A stretch of 64,000 nucleotides of DNA. Source: an uncultured Gammaproteobacteria bacterium (GTDB taxonomy: Bacteria; Patescibacteriota; Microgenomatia; Levybacterales; GWA1-39-11). The notes beneath the pieces were generated by a model. It had not been told where the DNA came from, did not search any database, and was given only the letters and a program-made list of their open reading frames with translations. Of this stretch, positions 56,743 through 64,000 are shown in pieces. The translations under genes were made by a program, and so were the position numbers. Position 1 is the stretch's first letter. Each line of letters starts with the position of its first letter. The DNA lies in the NCBI GenBank assembly GCA_964651815.1, contig CAZYWG010000002.1:92522-156521 (forward strand), written 5' to 3'.

Positions 56743-57846
56743 ATGGTAAAAGCAGTAAAAACTCCCGCAACTATAGGTAACGGCGCTCCAAAATCATCCC
56801 AGTCGGAGAAACAGGCGGCTATTGGAATGGCAATGGAGCAAATTCAAAGACAGTACGGAAAGGGTTCCATCATGAAATTTGGCGACGCCGCAGAACGCAT
56901 GGCGGTTGAAGTAATTCCAACTGGATCTTTAGCACTCGACCTGGCACTTGGAGTTGGCGGACTACCCCGCGGAAGAATAGTTGAAATTTACGGACCGGAA
57001 GCTTCTGGAAAAACAACCGTCTGTCTATCCGTAATTGCTGAAGCCCAGAAAAGGGGCGGGGTTGCAGCTTTCATTGATGCAGAACATGCTCTTGACCCAC
57101 TGTGGGCGCAAACAATAGGTGTCAAACTTGACGATCTCTTAATCTCTCAACCTGATACCGGCGAACAGGCTTTGGAAATAACTGAACAACTCATTCGATC
57201 TGGAGGGCTTGATGTAATTGTAGTTGATTCTGTAGCTGCTCTTGTACCACGCGCCGAGATTGAAGGAGAAATGGGAGACGCCATGATGGGAATGCAGGCG
57301 CGTCTCATGTCACAAGCGCTTAGGAAATTAACCGCCGCAATTTCAAAAAGCAAAACAATTGTAATATTTACCAACCAATTACGACAAAAGATTGGAGTCA
57401 TGTTTGGAAATCCTGAGACTACAACTGGCGGAATGGCCCTTAAATTTTATGCGTCAGTCAGGCTTGACGTCAGAAAAATTGAAACGTTAAAAGATGGAGA
57501 TAAAGTAATTGGAAATAGATCCCGTGTTAAAGTTGTTAAAAATAAAGTTTCCCCCCCATTTAGAATTGCCGAATTTGACGTCATGGCCGGGGAAGGAATT
57601 TCACGTGAAGGAAATGTAATTGATGTAGGGGTTGAAACCGGTGTTGTTTCAAAAACAGGCGCATTTTTGCGTTACGGAGAACTCATGCTTGGGCAAGGAA
57701 GAGAAGCCGCTAAAATATACCTTAAAGAAAATCCTGAAATAGCTAAGAAAATAGTCGCCGAGGTAATGGAAAAATCAAAAGAAGGCAAACCAATGCTTGA
57801 AGTAGGTGTTGAAGAGCATGAAAACGAAGAAGAATTGGCCTCCTAG
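56743..57846 (+). CDS. recA: Recombinase RecA
   Basis: [22 protein letters not shown] and [10 protein letters not shown] motifs. Confidence 0.99.
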   Translation: MVKAVKTPATIGNGAPKSSQSEKQAAIGMAMEQIQRQYGKGSIMKFGDAAERMAVEVIPTGSLALDLALGVGGLPRGRIVEIYGPEASGKTTVCLSVIAEAQKRGGVAAFIDAEHALDPLWAQTIGVKLDDLLISQPDTGEQALEITEQLIRSGGLDVIVVDSVAALVPRAEIEGEMGDAMMGMQARLMSQALRKLTAAISKSKTIVIFTNQLRQKIGVMFGNPETTTGGMALKFYASVRLDVRKIETLKDGDKVIGNRSRVKVVKNKVSPPFRIAEFDVMAGEGISREGNVIDVGVETGVVSKTGAFLRYGELMLGQGREAAKIYLKENPEIAKKIVAEVMEKSKEGKPMLEVGVEEHENEEELAS

Positions 57847-58303
57847 ATCTGACTCCGAGGATAACCGAAGTTTGGCATTTAATTTCTCCCTTAAATATTT
57901 ATCTTTCAGAAATAGAAGCACAAAAGAAGTCTATGATTATCTCATCCGCAAAAACTTTGTTGAAGAAACAATAAATTTTGTTTTAAAAAAATTAGTCGAT
58001 TTGAAGTTTTTAAATGATGAAGAATTTGCAAGGGGCTGGATTGAGTCCAGACAAAAATATAAAAATAAAAGTAAACTAATTTTAAAAAGTGAACTAAGGA
58101 TGAAAGGTTTAAAGGACGATTTAATCCAACCTTTATTAAATGAAGCAAATGAGGATATTGAGACCGCTCGAATACTTTTTGAAAAAAAGAAAAAAACACT
58201 TTCTCGATTTTCACCCGAAGATTTTAAAAAAAAGATGGGAGCATTCTTACAGCGCCGAGGATATTCCTGGGAAATAATTAGTAAATTACTACGTGGAAAT
58301 TAA
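57818..58303 (+). CDS. recX: Regulatory protein RecX
   Basis: RSTKEV..YL, LNDEEFA and FLQRRGY motifs; overlaps the recA 3' end. Confidence 0.9.
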   Translation: MKTKKNWPPRSDSEDNRSLAFNFSLKYLSFRNRSTKEVYDYLIRKNFVEETINFVLKKLVDLKFLNDEEFARGWIESRQKYKNKSKLILKSELRMKGLKDDLIQPLLNEANEDIETARILFEKKKKTLSRFSPEDFKKKMGAFLQRRGYSWEIISKLLRGN

Positions 58304-58749
58304 CGTTTTGGAGATTGCTTCTTGCGGCGAGCCTTGCCACCCATTCCAACTTTTCTTCTTTCCCTAATCCTTGCATCTCTTGTCAAATATCCTTTGTCGC
58401 GGAGAAGTTTGTGGTATTTCTCGCGGTCCATCTTGTCAAGTGCACGTGCCATTCCAAGAACAACAGCATCAAGCTGTCCTGATGGTCCTCCACCGGCAAC
58501 CTTTATAGTAAACGTGAATTTTCCGGATGAATCCGTTTCTACTAATAGCTTATTGTATGTTGGTGCGTATGCAAAAAATTTGAAGTATTCGTTAATTGGT
58601 TTTTCATTAACAAATATGTCACCTTTTTTAAGTTCAACCCCTCCATAAGTCACTTTTACATTAGGAGTGTGTAAACGAACGCGTGCAACTGCTTCACGTC
58701 TACGCCCTACTGAAAGAATATATTGTTTTGTACTAGTTGTTTTTGCCAT
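58300..58749 (-). CDS. rpsI: 30S ribosomal protein S9
   Basis: GRRREAVARV, GGGPSGQ and LTRDAR..ERRK motifs. Confidence 0.97.
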   Translation of the reverse strand: MAKTTSTKQYILSVGRRREAVARVRLHTPNVKVTYGGVELKKGDIFVNEKPINEYFKFFAYAPTYNKLLVETDSSGKFTFTIKVAGGGPSGQLDAVVLGMARALDKMDREKYHKLLRDKGYLTRDARIRERRKVGMGGKARRKKQSPKR

Positions 58750-58751
58750 AA

Positions 58752-59201
58752 CTATGCTGTTTTGCTTTGAACGTCAGTTGCAGTTTTAAATTTTTCTGCA
58801 TATTTATGTTCCGGTCCTGCAAAAATATAAAGTCTTTTGAGCATTGAATCCTTTAATTTATTTTTAGGAAGCATTCCTGCAACTGCATGACGAATTATCT
58901 CTCCGGGCTTTTGCTCACGGTATTCCTTTACAGTTATTTTTCTGAGTCCGCTTGGGTATCCGGAATATCTTGTGTAAACTTTATCCGTTTCTTTTTTTCC
59001 GGTTAATACAACTTCTTGCGCGTTTATTATAACTACAAAATCACCGCAATCAAGATTTTTTGCAAAATATGCCTTACCCTTACCCATTAAGAGCTGGGCA
59101 ATTTGAGTTGCTGTTCTTCCCAAATTTTTTTGTTTGAGATCAATAAGATGCCACTTTCTCTCAATATCGGTTGTTTTTGTAGGTATAGTTGTTTTTTTCA
59201 T
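58752..59201 (-). CDS. rplM: 50S ribosomal protein L13
   Basis: DCGDFVVIINA, SGYPSGL and GMLPKN motifs. Confidence 0.97.
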   Translation of the reverse strand: MKKTTIPTKTTDIERKWHLIDLKQKNLGRTATQIAQLLMGKGKAYFAKNLDCGDFVVIINAQEVVLTGKKETDKVYTRYSGYPSGLRKITVKEYREQKPGEIIRHAVAGMLPKNKLKDSMLKRLYIFAGPEHKYAEKFKTATDVQSKTA

Positions 59202-59734
59202 TATTTTGAACCTTTTTTACCTTTTGATCCCGATTTAATCGGGATTGATTTTGGTTTTTCGTTGGATTTTGCCGCTGCTTTCTCTTTTTTGGGGGTTTTA
59301 GCAGAACTTTCTGTTGTTGAAGTTTTATTTTCTTTTTTTGTCTTATTTCTTTTTTCAAGTGACACTGATGTTATAGAGACTTCTTCAACCCATGAAAGTA
59401 AAACCATTTTTGCTCCGTCTTTATCTCTTGCCCCAAGTCTCATAATTCTAGTGTACCCACCTGGACGTGTTGAAAATAAAGGTGCAATTTCTTTTATTAT
59501 TTTCTCGGTTACTTTTTCGTTTGCTATTTTGGAGAGTATAAGACCTTTTGCTTCTTCACCCTTATTTTTAGCAGTAGTAACAAGCTTTTCAACCTCACCT
59601 TTAATGGACTTTGCTTTGGCTTCAGTGGTTCTTATTTTTCCCTGAAGAACAAGCCCATGCATAAGACTTCTAAACAAAGCTTTTCTCTCATTTGTATCCC
59701 TTTTTAATCTTCTACCAAATATTCTTTTTCTCAT
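59201..59734 (-). CDS. rplQ: 50S ribosomal protein L17 with Lys-rich C-terminal tail
   Basis: TTEAKAK and RPGGYTRI motifs; probable start MRKRI at 59734. Confidence 0.95.
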   Translation of the reverse strand: MRKRIFGRRLKRDTNERKALFRSLMHGLVLQGKIRTTEAKAKSIKGEVEKLVTTAKNKGEEAKGLILSKIANEKVTEKIIKEIAPLFSTRPGGYTRIMRLGARDKDGAKMVLLSWVEEVSITSVSLEKRNKTKKENKTSTTESSAKTPKKEKAAAKSNEKPKSIPIKSGSKGKKGSK

Positions 59735-59822
59735 ATGATTTTCTTGTCCCGAGTATTGACTCGGGGATAATAAAAAAGCGCCAATTTTTGGACGCTGTTT
59801 TGTAACTGAAAGACTTTTAAAT

Positions 59823-60749
59823 TTAAAAAGTAAGCGTAATTCCACGCGCTTTCAAACTGTCCTCAATTATCGAAAGCGATTTTGCTCCAAGATTTCTGAA
59901 GCCCATAAGTTCTTTTTTGGGAGTATTTAACATGTCAGAAACAGTTTCAATTCCTGCATTCCTGAGCGAATTATAAATTCTTGTTGGTAAATCAAGCTCG
60001 TCAATTGTCATTTTCAAGGCATCATCTGGGAGATTTGACGTAACAACTGCTTTTTCACCATCTGATACTGCGTCTGCTGGCTCGTAAATCTGCTTAAAGT
60101 AAGAAACTAACAGGTTAGAGGCTTGAACGAGAGCATCTTTAGCATCAATTGTCCCGTCTGTCCATATTTCAAGAACGAGTTTATCAAAGTTTGTTTGGCG
60201 GCCAACACGAGTTTGCTCAACTTTATAATTAACACGCATTATTGGGGAAAAAATTGCGTCAATTGGAATTACCCCTACTGTTGAAATTTTTCTATCTTCT
60301 GCAAGCGAGTATCCTGTTCCACGCTCAACTGTCATTTCCATGCTGATTTTAGATTTTTTGTCGGCGAGAGATCCAAGATAATGTTTTGGATCAACAACTT
60401 CAACACCCTCTGAGACTTCAATTGCTGCGGCTGTTACTTCTCCAGGCCCTGTAGCTGAAAGAGTAATACGGGCTTCCTCTTGATCTTCGGCAAGCTTTAC
60501 ACGAAGAGTTTTGATATTCAAAACGAGCTCAATAATATCTTCGCGAAGACCAGGAAGTGTAGAAAAAAGGTGACGAACCCCATCAATTTTAACTGATGTA
60601 ACGGCTGCTCCGTGAATATTTGTCAAAAGGACTCGGCGGATAGCAACGCCTAGAGTTTGTCCAAAACCAGGTTCAAGTGGCTCAATTACAAAGCGGGCAT
60701 AGCCTTGTTCTTTCTTTTCTTCGATTGTTTTAAATTTGGGACTATTCAT
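59823..60749 (-). CDS. rpoA: RNA polymerase subunit alpha
   Basis: EPLEPGFGQTLG..RRVLL, DAIFSP and alpha-CTD motifs. Confidence 0.98.
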   Translation of the reverse strand: MNSPKFKTIEEKKEQGYARFVIEPLEPGFGQTLGVAIRRVLLTNIHGAAVTSVKIDGVRHLFSTLPGLREDIIELVLNIKTLRVKLAEDQEEARITLSATGPGEVTAAAIEVSEGVEVVDPKHYLGSLADKKSKISMEMTVERGTGYSLAEDRKISTVGVIPIDAIFSPIMRVNYKVEQTRVGRQTNFDKLVLEIWTDGTIDAKDALVQASNLLVSYFKQIYEPADAVSDGEKAVVTSNLPDDALKMTIDELDLPTRIYNSLRNAGIETVSDMLNTPKKELMGFRNLGAKSLSIIEDSLKARGITLTF

Positions 60750-60772
60750 CTTATAAGATTAACATTTTACCA

Positions 60773-61372
60773 TTATCTAGAGTAAAATTCAATGACCAAT
60801 TGGTAGTTAACCGGATTGGCAACATCATCTTTTTTTGGCATACGTAATAGCTTTCCGGTTGCTTCATTCTTTTCAATAAAAGGTGGTATTTCGGTTAATT
60901 CGTCGAGTCTTGCTTTAAGTTCTTCATTCTGGAACTTTCCAGTGATACTAACAACCTCACCTACTTTTACAGAATATGAAGGTATATTTAACTTTTTCCC
61001 ATTCACGAGTACATGCCTATGCGAAACAAGTTGTCTTGCATGCGCCCTGCTTTTTCCAAGCCCGAGCCTATAAACTACATTATCCAGGCGGGTTTCTAAT
61101 TGTTGAACAAGAATATCTATTGTGTTTTCTTTTGCTTTCTGGGCAACTAATGCATAATTTTTAAACTTTCTTTCTGACAAGCCATAAGTTCTCTTTAATT
61201 TCTGCTTTTCACGAAGCTGAATACCGAATTCAGAAAGTTTTCTTACTCTTTTTTTGCCGTGAGCACCCGGCATAACATTAAGTCTTCGCTCAAGTGAAGG
61301 CGAAACCTTACCCAGGATGTTTGTCCCTTCCCGTCTTGCTAATTTATGTTTTGGTCCTGTATATCGTGCCAT
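60773..61372 (-). CDS. rpsD: 30S ribosomal protein S4
   Basis: MARYTGP, LREKQK and LETRLDN motifs. Confidence 0.98.
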   Translation of the reverse strand: MARYTGPKHKLARREGTNILGKVSPSLERRLNVMPGAHGKKRVRKLSEFGIQLREKQKLKRTYGLSERKFKNYALVAQKAKENTIDILVQQLETRLDNVVYRLGLGKSRAHARQLVSHRHVLVNGKKLNIPSYSVKVGEVVSITGKFQNEELKARLDELTEIPPFIEKNEATGKLLRMPKKDDVANPVNYQLVIEFYSR

Positions 61373-61375
61373 ATT

Positions 61376-61771
61376 TTAAACTCTTCTTTTCTTTTTCATC
61401 CTAGGCCCATTGTGCGGAATAGGCGTAATATCAGCTATCATAGAGATGGAAAGACCAGAATTTCTAATAGCCCGTAGCGCCGCGTCCCGCCCAACACCTG
61501 GACCTTTTATAAATACTTCAACAGCTGAAATTCCTGTTTCTCGCACTCGTTTTATTGCTTCCTCAACGGCTGACGTTGCAGCAAATGGAGTACTTTTTCG
61601 TGTCCCTTTAAACCCCATGTTCCCGGATGATGACCAAGCGACTGCATCTCCTTTTTCATTAGTAATAGTCACGATTGTATTATTAAATGTAGTAGAAACA
61701 TAAATTCTACCCAAGTCCATAGCGACTATTTTTTTTGCTTTTTTGTTAACTACTGGTGCTTTTCTTGCCAT
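61376..61771 (-). CDS. rpsK: 30S ribosomal protein S11
   Basis: FNNTIVT, RKSTPFAA and TPIPHNG motifs. Confidence 0.98.
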   Translation of the reverse strand: MARKAPVVNKKAKKIVAMDLGRIYVSTTFNNTIVTITNEKGDAVAWSSSGNMGFKGTRKSTPFAATSAVEEAIKRVRETGISAVEVFIKGPGVGRDAALRAIRNSGLSISMIADITPIPHNGPRMKKKRRV

Positions 61772-61782
61772 ATTAATTTCGT

Positions 61783-62178
61783 TTACTTTGCAACAAGTCC
61801 CATCTTGACTGCAACTTCCTTCTTAATAGCTCCAATTGTGACACGCTTACCCCTTTTTGTACGTGCGTTTGACCTTGTCCGCTGCCCCCTAACGGGTAAG
61901 TTTTTGGCGTGGCGATTGCCTCGATATGAATTAATTTCACGAAGTCTTTTAACGTTTCCGGCAATTTCAGCTTTTAAATCACCCTCAATTTTATAAGTTT
62001 CGAGTGCTTTTTGGACTCTATTGAGTTCTTCTTCACTCAATGTTTTGAGACGTCTTTCAGGCGCAATTTTCGCCTTTTCTAACAACCCACCCACATTTGA
62101 CCTACCTATACCATATATATAGGTTAATGCTATATCTATTCTTTTTTCTTCCGGTACATTTACTCCAACAACTCTCAT
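61783..62178 (-). CDS. rpsM: 30S ribosomal protein S13
   Basis: IYGIG and LPVRGQRTRSNART motifs. Confidence 0.98.
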   Translation of the reverse strand: MRVVGVNVPEEKRIDIALTYIYGIGRSNVGGLLEKAKIAPERRLKTLSEEELNRVQKALETYKIEGDLKAEIAGNVKRLREINSYRGNRHAKNLPVRGQRTRSNARTKRGKRVTIGAIKKEVAVKMGLVAK

Positions 62179-62209
62179 ATATTTTGTTTGTTTTGCTAAA
62201 TTTTTGGGA

Positions 62210-62428
62210 TTAACGAACCCTGTAGGTTATTCTGCCTCTTTCGCGGTCATAAGGGGTCATCTCAACTCTTACTCTGTCTCCCGGCAGAATTTTTATAAAA
62301 TGAATTCTCATTTTTCCTGACAGATGACATAATACAAGTTTCCCCCCTTCTATTTCAACCCGAAACAAAGTGTTTGGCAAAACCTCTTTTACAATTCCCT
62401 CAAGTTCAATTGCCCCAGAATGCGCCAT
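62210..62428 (-). CDS. infA: Translation initiation factor IF-1
   Basis: [13 protein letters not shown] and PYD...GRITYR motifs; probable start 62428. Confidence 0.97.
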   Translation of the reverse strand: MAHSGAIELEGIVKEVLPNTLFRVEIEGGKLVLCHLSGKMRIHFIKILPGDRVRVEMTPYDRERGRITYRVR

Positions 62429-62534
62429 ATAGTTTTTCCCAAAATTAAAATCTTGGGGCTCCAAATCTCTGCATAGATAAGAGCTTTTTTAACTTCCTGA
62501 TATTTTACCAAATTACGCACAACTTATCAACAAG

Positions 62535-63314
62535 TTATAACTTATCCCCTTTTAGGCGAGTTATAAACTCCGGACCGTCTTTTGTCACTAAAATAGTCCT
62601 TTCAAACAAACCTGAAAGGCTTCCGTCTTCTGTAACAATTGTCCAATCGTCCAGACCCGAATAAACAACACCTGCTTTCCCTTGATTGTAAATAATTTCT
62701 ATCGCAATTGTTTGGCCTTCCGAAAGTCGTGGCGTTTCTTCGATTTTACCACTGAGATATCCGGGAATTTCAGGCGCCTCATGAAGATTTTTCCCAACTC
62801 CGTGCCCAACTAAATTTTTAACTACTGAGTATCCTCCGCCTTGGATAACTTTTTGCATGGCTGAGGAAATATTTCCAACATGATTTCCAGCTTTCGCTTC
62901 TTTTATTCCTTCAAACATAGCGCGCTTTCCCGCTAATAGAAAACGGTCGATATCCATTTCTGTCTTCTGTCTCCTGTCTTCTGTCTCACCGACTCTCACA
63001 GTCTCCGCCATATCCGTATGATACCCTTCGTAAAATACTCCGCAATCAATTCCCACCACATCACCGTCCTTAATAACTCTTTCTGTTGGAATGCCGTGTA
63101 CAACAATATCATTTACTGATATGCAAATTGTATGTTTGTAGCCTGGGACTTTTTTGAAACCCGGTTCGCCGCCTTGTTCATGTATCAATTTTTCTGCAAG
63201 CCTGTCTATCTCAATTTCTGTTATTCCGGGGCGAACAGCAGAGGTTACTTTGTATAAAACGTCTCCAAGAATTTTTCCAGCATGACGCATTTTCTTAATC
63301 TTTGTGTGATTCAT
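62535..63314 (-). CDS. map: Methionine aminopeptidase type I
   Basis: VVHGIP, DCG, GHGVG..LHE motifs. Confidence 0.96.
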   Translation of the reverse strand: MNHTKIKKMRHAGKILGDVLYKVTSAVRPGITEIEIDRLAEKLIHEQGGEPGFKKVPGYKHTICISVNDIVVHGIPTERVIKDGDVVGIDCGVFYEGYHTDMAETVRVGETEDRRQKTEMDIDRFLLAGKRAMFEGIKEAKAGNHVGNISSAMQKVIQGGGYSVVKNLVGHGVGKNLHEAPEIPGYLSGKIEETPRLSEGQTIAIEIIYNQGKAGVVYSGLDDWTIVTEDGSLSGLFERTILVTKDGPEFITRLKGDKL

Positions 63315-63316
63315 AT

Positions 63317-63856
63317 TTACGCAATATTAAGAACGCGGCAAATTTCCTTGTGGATTTCATCAATATCCTTTTCACCATCAATGTCATGGAGAATCTCTTT
63401 TTCGCGATAATATTCCAGAACCGGTTCCGTAAATTTATGAAATAATTCTATTCTTTTTTGTAGTGCTGGTGGTGTTTCGTCTTCACGGCCATCATTACGG
63501 ATAGTTAATCTGTGTAAAGCAGTTTCGTCTGTTACTTTGATATAAATAACTGCAGCTATCCCATTTTTAAATGCTTCGGCCTGACCACGAGTCCTCGGGA
63601 ATCCATCCAAGATATAGCCTTTTTTATATTCTGGGCGTGATAAATATTCTTCAACAACCTCAAGCGTTTTCTCGTCGGGAATAAGATAGCCTGCATTCAT
63701 TGTCTCTTTTATATACCGTCCAAGAGAATCATGCTCTTTTGCCATTTCCCTAAATATATGCCCCGTAGAAAGGTATGGGATGTTAAGCTTTTCGGAAAGT
63801 AAATTCCCCTGTGTAGATTTACCTGACCCTTGTATTCCAATGAGTACTATTTTCAT
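63317..63856 (-). CDS. adk: Adenylate kinase (short LID)
   Basis: GIQGSGKSTQ, STG and LDGFPRT motifs. Confidence 0.95.
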   Translation of the reverse strand: MKIVLIGIQGSGKSTQGNLLSEKLNIPYLSTGHIFREMAKEHDSLGRYIKETMNAGYLIPDEKTLEVVEEYLSRPEYKKGYILDGFPRTRGQAEAFKNGIAAVIYIKVTDETALHRLTIRNDGREDETPPALQKRIELFHKFTEPVLEYYREKEILHDIDGEKDIDEIHKEICRVLNIA

Positions 63857-64000
63857 TCTTTTGCGCCAAACCTGTCGTAATTTCTTTGTACCAAATTAAC
63901 TTCCAAAATTTTGATTGTCTCTATTAAGACTGAAACGACGATTAGAATACTTGTCCCTCCAATTATTAAAGATGAGATGCCTGTCATTGCACGGACCACG
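63853..64000 (-). CDS. secY: Preprotein translocase SecY, C-terminal end (partial)
   Basis: Manual translation ...IGGTSILIVVSVLIETIKILEVNLVQRNYDRFGAKE*; directly upstream of adk. Confidence 0.92.
   Translation of the reverse strand, partial: VVRAMTGISSLIIGGTSILIVVSVLIETIKILEVNLVQRNYDRFGAKE

Overview
This is an AT-rich core-chromosome segment. Gene content and order suggest a CPR/Patescibacteria genome, probably Microgenomates (inference). It contains carAB, a MASE1-PAS kinase/receiver pair, an RRM protein plus DEAD-box helicase, an ECF sigma/anti-sigma module, secA, serS, topA, rmuC, a UvrD-nuclease fusion, RNase P RNA, miaA, HU, RNase Y, a glycerate kinase-transketolase-GlcD cluster, tRNA-Pro(GGG), recA/recX and the distal spc/alpha ribosomal cluster (no rpmJ at its usual site). 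A complete DapL-type lysine pathway (lysC-dapB-dapA-asd-dapL-lysA-dapF) sits between greA and lysS. The most interesting signals are in intergenic DNA that the ORF track misses. (1) Two related Lys-codon leader-peptide attenuators (KKSK motif, antiterminator, terminator) precede the lys operon and lysS. (2) The carA leader has a promoter-proximal terminator whose stem depends on C7 versus A9 start-site choice, followed by a leader ORF and a UUCG terminator. (3) An 11-aa poly-Lys micro-ORF with a strong SD and switchable RNA folds lies upstream of secA. Two protein fusions also stand out: DUF2322-like-LysA and LysRS-B3/4. Many genes look leaderless. No CRISPR array, transposase or prophage was seen.
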